DNA of 64,000 bases from Lama guanicoe. Lineage: Eukaryota. Under the pieces are notes generated by a model. It saw only the letters and a program-made list of their open reading frames with translations, was not told where the DNA came from and searched no databases. Each line of letters opens with the position of its first letter. The first letter of the stretch is position 1. This document shows, piece by piece, positions 22,540 through 34,789 of the stretch. The stretch spans positions 1,587,168-1,651,167 of the forward strand of contig MU053482.1 of the NCBI GenBank assembly GCA_013239625.1, read 5' to 3'. The position numbers were made by a program, and so were the translations under genes.

Positions 22540-25500
22540 TTCAGTGGTGGAGCACATACTGTTTTTACAGACATTATGTGTAAATTATGAAGCCACAATT
22601 CAATAGCTGAGAGTTTGAATCTAGTATTCCTGACAGAAGATATAATGATGAATTCATTTAGACAAGTCTTCTAGTTGGCAGTTTTGAGAATGGCCAATAA
22701 CAAGAATTAATGAATCTTTCAAGTACAAATGAAGAAGTGAAGAATTTGGGCTCAGAAATCTTGTTTCAGAAGTACAAAATGACAGCAGATGTTCTCTGGC
22801 AACTTTTTTGCTAGGTGGAAAATTAATCCTTTTCTTAAAACAGACACAGACATTATATTATTTAGAATCCATTGCCTATTACATTGATGTATGCATCTCT
22901 GTTCTTTTCAACTGTATATTTATATATAAATTTTCAAATAAACAAATAGCAAAAGATATCCAGAAAAAAGTGTAACTAATAATTCAAAATTAAAACAAAT
23001 TTTTGATGAATATCTACTATAAATGCCAAAATTCAAAATGCATTTACATTACTTTGTTTAAAATGAAATATATGAATAATACACCCAAAGAAATACAGAA
23101 ACACTGAAAAGGGGTTGAATTTAAATGCATTTTTCTCAGATGAACGTAAGTAAATTGTTTCAAGCATATTTATTTCTGGTCAGAGTGGATCTGACTTATA
23201 CTGAAATTTGCTTAAATGAGAAATTTTAGTCAGTTCTCCATGGCCCATCCTCGTGCCCATAAAGTTTTCAGGGCTATAGAAAATATGGCTTTTTAAAATC
23301 ATTCTGATCCTGTGGTTTAAACAGTCTCTCTCCCTCTCCCTCTCCCCCACTCCCTACCGCAGAATTCTCTGAATCCCATCTCCCTAGTTTATTTTTTCTG
23401 TAACGTGTATCACCAACTGAAATAGCACGTATTTATTTTCATTTTATGCTTATTATCCAACTCTCCCTTCTGGAATGTAAGCTCCAGGAGAACAGGAACT
23501 TCATTCTGTTGTTCACTGTGTTCTCAGTGCCTGGAATAGATACTAAATGATGTAATAGATGCTAAACCAGTATTTATTGAGTAGATGGAGGAATAAATAT
23601 TAAAATTGGGAAAACCGAGGCTGTGCTCTTAAGGAACATAGTGTCTGAAGGAAAAATAAATCGAATACAAAAAAAATAGAGAGCCTCCGAGTTAATCCAT
23701 GGCTTCTGTAGAAGTTTGAGGCCCCTTGTGGGATTGGAAATATCACTAGACTGGGGGCTTGGGCTTTAGTCCTGACTCTGGCACTGCCTCCAAGGTAAGT
23801 CTCTGCTCCTCCCTGCACTCAGGTTCCTCTATATGGTTGGGGGCAGGAAAATGGGCCCAAGACATCTCTTATGGCTCTGATATGAGTGTTTCTCTGATTT
23901 GTTCATGGAAAACTGCAGGCTGCCAGGCTTTCTCTCCACTGAGGTGACAGCCAGGCTGAAGGGTGGCTGGAAGAGTGGTCAGTGTGCACATAGGAGGAAT
24001 GCGTGCTGCCTGAGTCCTTTGGTCCAGCCAGTCCCAAGCAAAGCTGACCATCTTCCTCCCGATTCAGCTGCTCTTCCTGAGCCGCTCTCTGGGCAGAGCA
24101 CCTCACTTCTCCCCTGATCTCCCCTCCAGTCACCCAGGTCAACTCTCCCCTGCCCCCAGCATCCTATTCACTGTTGGGCCAATGGACCTTTAAACCCTGG
24201 AGCCCCTCTGGGCTCAGCAAGTTCGTTCCCACTGACACTGCTCCAGTTCACTGATTTTTTCCGTCCCCCTCCACCTCCTTGATCATTAAATGGTCTCCTA
24301 ACTGGCTTCTCCAAGTTTTGTAAATTCTCCTCCAATCTATTTCTCATACCTCTGCCAAAATAATATCATCCTCCCTCCCTGAAACTTTTACCGATAAAAG
24401 GGTCTCCTTTTATCGGTAAAACAAAATGCTTACTTCTCAGCCTGGCATTTAAGGGAAAGCAGAGTGAGAACAACTGCTCCAGAAATTTAAAGAGGGCAAT
24501 ATTACTTACGAATGGAGAGAAAGAGTGAAAAACTATCATCACAGGATGTCATGGTAGAAGGGCCATTAAGTGGAGGGAGGAAGGCTGGCTGGCTGAAATC
24601 AAAGGTATTCGATGACATCTTAGTACTAGAATTGGCCTTTGGAGGCTGCTTTGAAAACTAGCCGACTTTCACTGCAGGACGTGAGGAAGCCAGGAGGACA
24701 GAAGGGCAAACAAGCTGAAGACATGCAATGTTGTCTTGGGCTCAGATCATTAGGACAATAGCAGAGAATAAAAGGCAAGTTGATTTACTGAGTTTGGCCA
24801 TAGTGGCATATTAGAATCAAATGTTTGTATTAACTTTACTATTTTGGATGTCAAAAAATCTCCCCAAATTAGTAAAGTGAATTCTACAGGAAAAAAACTT
24901 TTAAGTATCATTTCTCATAGACAAAAGTACAAAACCAAATTAGTTTTAAAAATAAGAAAATTTATAGAGTAGCCTATTAAAAACAGGTAAACTTCAGGGG
25001 CTGATAAAGTTAACAAAACAAATCTGAAAGATTGAAAAAAAAGAAAAAAACTGAACCTGAGTGCTCCATCTTTTCCCTTTAACATGAACATGAATGCTGG
25101 CCTGACTAATTCAGGGACATGTTCTTCTGGCTCTAGTGTTAACTTCCTGTCTGACCTTGGGCAAAACACTCCCTCCTCTGGGTTTCATCTTTCTCCACGA
25201 CTGGCCTTATTAATGACCACCTCCCACCTCAGTGACAAACCTCTATGGATTGATGATTAGTGCAAGCAAACTACGTATAGCTCTAATTATTGCCCAAACT
25301 TTTATGTGAGTCTGAAAAAGACGGAGTAGTTGGCAATCTTACCTGAGCACTGACAGGCATCTCTAACTGTCAGTGAGAAGAACAGTAAGCGACAAACCCA
25401 CTGACAGGTACATAAGCAGAATCTTCAGTTCCTTACCAATGATTATTGATTTTCAGCCCGTTTAAACAGATGTTTCACTGCTTTAGTTAAAAAACCCTCC

Positions 25501-27592
25501 CATAAATATAAGTCGGAGGTTCAAAGCTCTGATTTTGTAACATTAGATGGCATTAAATGGTTTGCCTTACGAAGATCTTTCTCTTGAAGTCTAATCCCAA
25601 CTTACATAGACTTTCCCCAAACGGACGTAAGAAAGGTTAATTGCACAAACTTGAAGCAACATTCTCAGTTGCTACAGGAAATAAACACTTCTTCACTCAA
25701 GAGACTCAATTCCACCCTGACATCCCCCACTAGGAAATTAAAGCAGAGGCTGAATGGATGTTGTAAATAGGCAGAATGAAGAACAGAGGAAGGCATGGGG
25801 ACGTGAGCAAAGCAGGGTGATCTAGACGGAGGGTCTGATTGCACAGGGTGGCCAGTTTCTGCAGTGACTGGAAACACGTTAAGACAAGTAGGTTGAAGTT
25901 ACTTTATGGAAAGCCTGGGTGTCACTACCAAAATGTTTCATATTTTCTAGGTGAAAACGGTCTAACACTGAAAATCTGGGGGGAAAAGTCATTCAGGTGA
26001 TTTTATAGTTAGGGTTTTTTAACTTGAAGTCAAAACATCGAACTAGCTATATGACTGAGCAAATGTGTAACTTCTCTGGCTCTATTACTTTTCTGCTAAA
26101 ATGAAGATTACATTATTAATCTCATAGGGCATGTGTAAGAACCAGGGGACTCAGTGTTCAGTCTATACTGACTTAAACAGTCAAGAAAACCATTCGCTTA
26201 GTCCCAGCAGAATGTAGAGATAAATGAATCTGCAGGCTTGGCTTTATCCAGAACTCAGATGCTATAACCAGGACCTGGGTTCCCTTTCTGTATTTCTCAT
26301 CTCTGCTTCCTTAGAGTAGGTTCCATGCTCAAGGAAGCTCTCCCCTCCTAGAGGCAATAAAGCTGCCAACAATACTTCGGGATACATCCTCTCTAGTCTG
26401 TTTCTCGTGGGAAATATACCAGTTGTCCAGGGGAACAAAGGTTTTCATTCACAAAAACTCATCCAGGGACCCCTCTCATATTATTCACTGTAGTGGGATC
26501 ACATGTAAAAACCATGAGCCAGACACTGACAGTGACCAGGACGGGAAATGCTGCCTAATGTGCACTTCTCATGGTCCCTAGTCCATAACCGGGGACAGCA
26601 TCAATTCCAGCTGTGTATACCTGAAAAGGTTTAATGAAGAGGTTCCCCAACAGAAATAAATGTATTGTTGGCAGGAGAAGGAGGCCAATGAATGGTGTTC
26701 TCCAATTTAAAAAAAAAAAAAGAAGAAGAAATTTCAGCATGAGGAAAACTTCCAGTTGCCTTATGCAAAAAAATATATAGGAGGTTCATTTCCAAAGAGG
26801 TGTAGAGGAATAGTCCAAACCTTAAGGCAAGGGAGTCAGCAGTAGTCCTAGAAATGAGGCCCAGAGCTTCAAAAATGACCACAGAATGGCTCCTTGGGAA
26901 TGACAGCAACACTGCCAACCCCATTTCAGAGGGGGGACAAAAATCTTTGGTCCCTGGGATAAGCAATAGAAAAGGATAAAGGGGTTATGCCAGCCTGTAT
27001 TTAAGGAGAGAAGGCCTAGGGGGGCAGTGCCTGTGTGCACCTGGGGAGGGATAAAAATTTATAACCAGTTTCCTCCCTCTGTACTAGTGAACTTAATTCC
27101 AGTTTTATCCATGTCTGTCCATGTGCTGATGTGAAAAAGACATACTACAAGCAGGAAACAGGCAGAGTCGCGTGACCTTTCTCTGTAAGTACCCAGCCAC
27201 TTCACACACGTCTGACTGAATGTATTCTCTGGCCATCACTCCCTACCTGGTAAACCATGTCCTGACTTTGCCGAACAGTGGAGGCAACGGTCAAGCGTAG
27301 CGCACCAACCCCGTCTCAAAGTTGCCACGGATCTACTAACAAAAATACAGTCTTTTCCTGGCAACCCTTTTGCAAATAATCCCAAGAATACTCAGCTGTG
27401 TTCACATTTTAACCTGCTACAGGAGCCTCACCAGTCTGTGAGTTGTACAAGGGCCCTCTTTCCTTTTAGGAATCCCAGGGAAGGTGGGGAGAGGTTGGGG
27501 GTTTTGGTTCTGGAATAATTGGAGATAGAGCTAATATCTTACCGCAGGCGGCTCACGGCTGTGGCCTGTCCCACCACCACCCTCCTCCATGC

Positions 27593-27760
27593 AGGGCTGC
27601 CAGATTGAGCAAATTAAAATATAGAGCACCCAGGTTAAGTCTGAGTTTCAGATAAACAGCAAATAATCTTTTAATATAAGTATGTCCCATGCAAAAACAT
27701 TATTCACTGTCTCTCTGAAATTCAAATTTACCTGCCATCTTGTATTTCGTCTGATACCCT
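27593..27760. mobile_element. MER53 palindromic MITE, centre partly deleted
   Basis: AGGGCTGCCAGATTGAGCAAATTAAAATA..TTTCAGATAAACA..AAGTATGTCCCATGCA..TGAAATTCAAATTTA..TCTGATACCCT; matches the recalled MER53 consensus. Confidence 0.7.
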
Positions 27761-28533
27761 CTTCAGCTTGCCACTCTCAAAACCCACTCTTTCAGAAAGG
27801 GTTTCCACAGCTGTTGCCTGGGACAGAGCTCTTTCCTTTTGACCACAGCCTTCTCTTTCCCATAGTTTGCACCTCCCACCCCTCGGGCGGGGGGGGAGTA
27901 CATATAATCAGATGAGCCTGGTATCTCTGCACCTGGAATCACTACTCCCTTGACCACCAGGACCTGTAGCCTGGATGGGCCTGTTCTTCCAGACTCCTAC
28001 ACACAGGGTCTCAGTGCTTCTCCTCTTACCAGCCCCTCAGGGTGTACCCCCATCCATCACACGGGCATGTGTCTATGTATGTAACTGATTGATGTATTAT
28101 TATTTTGTCTGCACAGAATCCTTTCCTTTGGGGCTCCACTCTTCCATTCCCCGTGTTTCAGGAGGTGCTGGTCCTTTCTTACTCAGCCACTGGGATGTGG
28201 TCTAGGCCAGGAGACTCACCCTTGCCGGTCAGAGAAGTCCATCTTCCAGACCACAGAGATTGTTCACGGCTTGGCACATGCTCAGGGTCAGGTCAGAATC
28301 CTCCCCCAGCTTCCCTGCAGGAGCTGTTAATAAAAACTATTCTCTTCCTTTGCGATTATTGGCAGTAAGGGTGGTTTAGGTTGACGCTGCTTATGGCCAT
28401 CTTCTCTGACACATAAGGGTCACTCTCTGAAATAAGAGCAGAAAACAACTATAAAAAGAGCAACAGAGAGGAGAGAGAGTAAAAGCCCTGATAACATTGT
28501 TAGAAAGAGCCAGAAAGAACTAACTAGAATCAG

Positions 28534-28554
28534 ATATATATATATATATATATA
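28534..28554. repeat. (TA)n microsatellite
   Basis: Directly visible. Confidence 0.9.
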
Positions 28555-29080
28555 GTCATTTAACTTTTGCTTAAAGCAGTTTGATTTGAATGTGAATCCT
28601 AAGCATACATGTCTAATCTTCAATCGGATATTAGATCCATGTTTTGTGAAACAAGCCTCCCTGGCCCCATGAAAACCCAGCAAGATGACTAGGCACCTGT
28701 TTCACTGCTCCCACATTCTCTATGACAGTCAGGAGCTGGTCCGTTGAGAAGGTTCAGGCTCTTTAAGGGGCAGTACAGCCTAGCTCAGGAGGTTCCCCCA
28801 GCCTCTTCAGTAATCCACTACAAACTTCTCTTTAATTAAATGTATGTGCACACATACAGTTTCTCACACAGATCCTGTGCATATGCACAGTCTGTGTGCT
28901 CAGCACGTCACACAGGTAATTATCGATGTGGAGCCACCAAATTTCCTGTGTGAAGAAGAGTTGAAATAAAACCATAATTTTAAAGCAAATGATGATAGAC
29001 ACAGAATTCAAGTGAGTAGTCATTTCTAAGGGTGGGCAGTGAGAGAAGGGAGACGTGGGTAGATATAAAAAAAAAAAACT

Positions 29081-29278
29081 ATGGTACTAGAGCCAAGTTT
29101 TACTGGCTCACGAAAGCCAATTGTTAAAATTTCAGGAATTTTGACAGCCAGTTGTTAAACAGCTAGTAGCTTGCAGTCAGCCCTGGTGGAAGTATTTACA
29201 TCATGGAAATTGGCAGACACCAAAACAAGGGCCACTTTTTTTTTTTCAGGGAGCTTGTTGTTAAACACCTACTAGCTG
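29081..29278. mobile_element. MER63-like hAT MITE
   Basis: GGTACTAGAGCC..CTGGCTCACGAAAGCCAATTGTTAAAATTTCAGGAATTTTG; a related inverted copy lies at ~52298-52503. Confidence 0.5.
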
Positions 29279-30289
29279 ATGGATGATATTCTAATTTCAT
29301 AATAACAATAATATTATCTGCTGATAGAATGCTAATTTTCCTAATAACAAATTCTATTATACCATATCATTATATTATCATTCACATTTTAATATTCATC
29401 ATAATAATTCATAATATTATCTGTTGATAATATTCTAGTTCTTGGTTTGGGCCATGGATTCTGTTCACCATTTTAAAAAAATGAATGAATGTTCTAGTTC
29501 TGTTAAGTCCTGTCTGTTATATTGTTTAAAAAATGAGTGAATTTAAAAAAGAGGTTGATGAATGGACCACAGATGTCAGTGCATCATGAACCAAGGAGTA
29601 TGATTACTACAATTCTGAGCAGTTGTGACACTAAAAAATGAAGAAAAAGAGCACTAGGTTCCCTCTGTCTTGGGGGCGTCATGTCAAAAGAGCCTCCACT
29701 AATGACCGTGGTCCACAAAGACCTGAAAAGTACTATCCCATACTCTGAGAGCAGCACACCGGGTTCTAGCCCCGTGGAGGTGATTCTCCTTGGCTGCCTC
29801 ACTGGACACACCTCTCCAAGGTCAGCTGTGGGCTGCAAATACTGGCCCAGGCAAAGTGGACCGTATGGCTCCCATAGCATGCAAAGAGAGGCCTGGGGCT
29901 ACTCTAAAGTCTCCTTTCCTAAAGCTATAAGCACCCGCCACATGGTCATGGTTCTTGGGCCAGAACAGACCCAACCCCTAATGATAGCTTAGGCAGGAGG
30001 GGCAGCAAACACTAGCAACTCCATATGGTTTCTTGCCTTTACCTTGGCATGAAGTCAAGGAGGTTGGCCAGGCTCACTGGTCCTAGAATTCAAGGAGCCT
30101 GGAGAGGCAGGAGTCAGGGATGGGCTGAGGTTAGCAAGCCAGTGAAAGAAGCTGCACTGACCCAAAACCAGGGGGAGGCGGGGGAAGGGCAGAGGCAGGT
30201 GTAGAAACTAAGATGTGGATATCAGAAAACCAGAGAATGGAGAGAAGGGGGTGCCAAGCCAAGCAGACAGGCATAAGACTGGTCCTGGA

Positions 30290-30895
30290 CAGACCTGGAG
30301 ACAGGCAAGTGCTGTATGTGATGGGCCACCTGGTTAGGCTGGCTTTGGCCAGCGTGGCCAACCAGTTGGTGGAGCCGGGTTCCCTGGACAACATTCACCT
30401 GTGCAGGAAGCTGATCTGTCACAGCCACTGAAAGTGCCTCCTCCAGGCAGAAGGCCTTAAATATGCTGAATTCCCGTGTAGTAGAGGAGTGTCCCAGGAC
30501 TGGTGGAGCACAGCTTCCTGAAAACTGCTGGCGGTGGGCAGAGACAGAGTGTGGGAGGCCGCCCACTAGCGCTATTGTGCCAGGCCCTGTCTGTAGGACA
30601 GGGTAGTTGGCCACTAAGTTATGGTTCCTGTGCAGCTTTGCCAGTGGAGGGCAGCCTAAGTCCCAAGTGGCACTTGCTGCAGAGTTGAGAAAGCCTGGGG
30701 CGCCCCCTGGTGGTCCTCCTGCCATTGGCGCTGAAGCTAGGGCTCCCTTCTCTCCAGCCGTCTCTGGGGGTGGTGGGATGGGTGTGTGAAGCTACAGGCC
30801 CCCCCCCCCACCTTCAACATGAGCCTGCAGCTGTGACCCTGGTCTTGTCGGGCAGGACTGTCAAACACATCCCTCAGGACAGCCAGGAACCCAGG
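30290..30895 (+). mobile_element. Highly decayed Ty3/Gypsy (sushi/PEG10-RTL-like) gag relic
   Basis: Ordered gag-like motifs across stops and frameshifts: PGDRQVLYVMGHLVRLALA (30294-30350), ANQLVEPGSLDN, KLLA..WEAA (30522-30563), LCQALS (30575-30592), *LATK..VALAAELR (30604-30690), EP[M]QL (GAGCCTGCAGCTG, 30821-30833), GQPG (30877-30888). Confidence 0.55.
30698..30716 (-). promoter_or_regulatory. CTCF motif, reverse orientation
   Basis: Minus strand reads GACCACCAGGGGGCGCC, an exact match to the core CCACCAGGGGGCGC (30700-30713). Confidence 0.6.
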
Positions 30896-31190
30896 TGTGA
30901 TGGTGAATTTTATGTGCCAATTTCACTGGGACACAGGGTTCCCAGATACTTGGTCAAATATTTTTCTGGCTGTGTCTGTTCCAGCCTTCAAACTCAAACT
31001 GAAACATCAGCTCTTCTTGGGTCTTGAGCCTCCCAGTTTTCAAACTAGAAGCACACATCAGCTCTCCTGGTCTCCAGCTTGTCGCCTGAAGATCTTGGGA
31101 CGTCTCAGTCCCTGTAATCCCCTGAGCCAATTCCTTTTGATAAATATATATATTTCCTACTGGTTCCTCTGGAGAACCTTGACTGATACA
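30896..31190 (+). mobile_element. MLT2-type (ERVL) solo LTR, internally deleted
   Basis: Starts TGTGATGGTGAATTTTATGTGCCAATTTCACTGGG..CCCAGATACTTGGTCAAA and ends CTGGAGAACCTTGACTGATACA, typical MLT2 termini as recalled. Confidence 0.75.
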
Positions 31191-32624
31191 CCATATACCA
31201 TGTACACAACACATTTCCCATATTTAAGGGGAAAGCCCATTTTCTCTCTCCTCATGTCTTCAGCCCTTTCCTGATGAACCTGGACCCAGCATTTCTGTTT
31301 ACAGTTCAGCCTGCCTAGATCCCTCAGTGAGCCATTGAAAAGCCACCATCCAGACTCCCTTGTCCCTTGTCTTGGCCAGTCAGATCCCTGGGAAGACCAA
31401 ACCAATGAGCCCTCTCCTCCTGCCCCTAAGCCATGTGGCTGGAGGAAAATTAACAAAAGCTGACCAGACCCTTGATCTCTGTGTGCTCAGCTGGGTCCTC
31501 GCATAATTGGTCAATGACTTTGATGGATCACTCTCAGCCCCTCTTCCAAACACTGTCCACTCCCCTAAGGCTGAACCTGACCCTTGCCTTGCCATTCTCA
31601 GCAGATCGTCTTGCCTCCACTTCCCTGAGAAAAACATTTGACCAGAGCTCCTGCAGTGTCCCCTCTGTCCCCAATTTAAAATGTCTCTGCTCCTTCATCC
31701 ATCCCTTTCTCCTTTCCTTCCAGACAGAAAGGTCTTGAGGTCATTGATATAAAGGCAACGTTCTTGATGGTGAAGTGTCCAAAGTGTCCACAGTCAACTC
31801 AAATCAACACGTGGAGAAGAGGTCCCAAGGGTCTGCATGGTCATTTGGAGGCAGCAACACATCTTCATCAGGGGTGCTTCTCTCCTCTGGCCTTCGTACC
31901 ATGGGATGATCTCAGGGGACCAGCTCTGGCTAAAGCAGACCCACCCCCCAGGAACCCATAAGGGAGGCCACAGCCCAGGGCAGCCTCTCCATCATGTCCC
32001 TCATCCTGTGCAAGAACATCCTTCTCATCAAGCCTTCTCCATTCAGATCCTCCTTCCTTCCTTGTTTCATGAGACAGTTCCCCTTACTCACACTTGTATA
32101 TTCAATCTTTCTCTCTCCACTAGATCCTTATCCTTGGTGTGAAATATACTTAGAACTCTTCCAGCCTAAATTGTCCCCCTCTCAATCCTGCTGACCCCCA
32201 GCTACTACCTTACATGTCTTCTTTCCTTCCCAGGCAGTTTCCTTGAGAAGTGGCCAACACACAGCACCACCAATTCAAACTGAGCATCCCTCACCGCTGA
32301 ATTCTGGTTTCTGTGCCCACCCCACCCTCAGTTCCACTGGCACTGCCCTACCAGGGTTGATAAAGATCCAAGTCATCAAATTCAAGAGTCACTTTCCTTT
32401 TTAAATTCCATTTGTCTTTTTATTTATAAATATCCTTGAGAGTAACCAAAAGGAAAGACTAAAGGGCAATGCCCTAGCTGTCATGTAGGTGGAGGTGACC
32501 AGAGTCACTGTGGATGGTTCTGCTACTCCACGGCCAACAGAGCTGGGCGTGCTCCTTGCTTCTGCCAGCTTGGGTGCCAGACACAAAGGAAGATATTCCA
32601 TCCCTACACTTTTCCTTTTCACTT

Positions 32625-32970
32625 TTTAAAAAAATTAAACTATAGTTGATTTACAATGTTGAATTAATTTCTGATGTACAGCATAGTGATTCAGTTATAC
32701 ATATGTATATTCTTTTTCGTATTCTTTTTCATTATAGGTTATTACAAGATACTGAATGTAGTTCCCTGTGCTGTACAGTAGGATCTTATTGTTTATCTAT
32801 TCTGTATATAGCAGTGTGTATCTGCTAATCCCAAATGACTAATTTACCCCTACCTGCCTTTCCCTTTATATATATGTATATATTGAATACATATACCATA
32901 ATTTCCTTATCCAGTCATCTGTTGATGAACATTTAGGTTGCTTCCATGTCTTGGCTACTGCAAACAGTGA
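32625..32970 (-). mobile_element. L1 3' end fragment
   Basis: TATAGTTGATTTACAATGTTG..GTACAGCATAGTGATTCAGTTATAC..CCCTGTGCTGTACAGTAGG; typical artiodactyl L1 tail. Confidence 0.75.
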
Positions 32971-33339
32971 CAAGTCACTTTCCAATCCTCCTCAGATAGG
33001 CTATTCATCTATGTTTGGGGGAATGAAAAGAAAGAATATATGTCCACCCAGAGTACTGACAGGGGCAGATCATGTGAATTCTAATTAGAAAAGGTAGATT
33101 CAAGGAGAAAGCCGTTCTTGGGCAGGAGAGTCAGGGCTAAGAAGTCCAGCCTCACCTATCTGTCTTGTCAGGTGGATGCTGGGACTTGACCCAGTTAAGA
33201 GAGCTGACAGGTTTTCTGACAGGCAGATATTATCCCCACCATACCGAGAAGGAAACTGAGGCTCAGAAAAAAAAAAAACCTAGAGATTACCCACAGTTAC
33301 ACAGGGAGACCAGAGCTGAGAGCTTTACAGAGCAGCAGG

Positions 33340-34320
33340 TCATTTAATCCTCTCCCAAAGTACAGACTCGTGTCTCCACCGGACCACTCTACACTTCTGC
33401 TTGCATGTCTAACAGGCATCTCAACGGTGACACATCCAAAAATGAACTTGAGATCTTTTCCTCAAAAACTGCTCCCCTTGTAACTTTCATTGTCTCAATT
33501 GATGACAGCTTCTTTCTATTAATTGCTCAGCACAAAGTGTCAGAGTCAGCCTTGACTCCTCTCACATTTCGTATACAATGTTTCTACCCTCAGAATATAT
33601 CTGTAATCTGCCTACATCTCATCACTTCCTCTGCTCTTGGCCAGCTCCCAGCCACCCTCATCTCTCACTTAGATTACCTGGTCATCTCACATGTCTCCCT
33701 GCTCTTTCTCCCTCACCTCCCTCTCCCCAGTAATTACACACCCCCCATTCTATTCTTCTGAAAGCAGCCAGAGTGATCCTTTTAAAACTAAGACAAAGCA
33801 TGACCCTCCCCTGCTCAAAACCCCATCTCACTCACACTAGAACTCAAAATCCTTGCTAGGGCCTGGGAAGTCCTTAATGATCTGCTCCCCAACCCCTGTG
33901 TAAAGGTCCACCTCCTGCTTCTCCCCATCTCGGTCTTAACACTCCAGCCACCAAATAGCCTCAAACACACCAGGCCTGCTCCTGCCTTAAGGCCTTTACA
34001 TTAGCTGTTCCTTCTACCTGGAGGGTCTTCCCCTCCCACATCCCTCCCAATTTGTCACATCCTTCGCCTCCTTCAAATCCACTCAAATCTCACATTCTCA
34101 TTGCAACCTATCCTAGCTCCTCACAATTCCTGATTGCCCCCTCAGCTGCTTTTTCCTTTTTCAGAGCACTTACCACCTTCTAATATATTCTATAATGTAC
34201 TTACTTGCCTCTCCCCAGTAGAATGTGAATTTTTCAAGAACAGTGATCTTTGTTTTGTCCAGTGATTTTTGCCAAGCGCCTAAAAGACCATCTGGCACAT
34301 GTTCAGATTGTTGAATTAAT
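33340..34320 (+). mobile_element. L2 3' region
   Basis: ATGTCTAACAGGCATCTCAA, GCAGCCAGAGTGATCCTTTTAAAA, CTGGCACAT..TGTTGAATTAAT; further L2 pieces at ~31340-32400 and ~43140-43480. Confidence 0.7.
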
Positions 34321-34368
34321 AACTCACCCCACTGACACCTTATGACACTGTCAAGAACAAAGCCCTTT

Positions 34369-34660
34369 ATTTATTTTTAATTTAAGTATAGTTGGTTTAC
34401 AATGTCATGTTAGCTTCAGGTGTACAGCAGTGATTCAGTTATATATAATATATTTTTCCTTTTCAGATTATTTTCCATTATAGGTTACTACAAGATATTG
34501 ACTATAATTCCCTGTGCTGTACAGTAGGTCCTTGTTTATTTTATATATAGTAGTGTGTATCTGTTAATCCCAAACTCCTAATTTATCCCTCCCCCCACTT
34601 CTCCTTTGGAAACCATTAGATTGTTTTCTGTATCTATGAGTCTGCTTCTGTTCTGTAATA
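34369..34660 (-). mobile_element. L1 3' end fragment
   Basis: Same L1 tail sequence; imperfect TSD AAGAACAAAGCCCTTTA / AAGAAGAAAACCCTTTA. Confidence 0.75.
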
Positions 34661-34789
34661 AGAAGAAAACCCTTTAAAAGGCACTGTGACATCGTTTATC
34701 CCTTTGAAGTGCAAATTGAGACCCTTGTACTGCTCTCTGGCTCCATCTGGTGGCAGTTGTTTCTCTCATCCCAGGGAGGTCCCAAGTTT

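Noticed and set aside
27593..27760. miR-1302-like hairpin from MER53
   Set aside because: The arms are diverged and the centre is deleted; no evidence of a processed miRNA from sequence alone.
30222..30725. 167-aa minus-strand ORF as an NLRP10 remnant or new gene
   Set aside because: No PYD or NACHT motifs; better explained as the antisense of the GC-rich gag-like relic on the plus strand.
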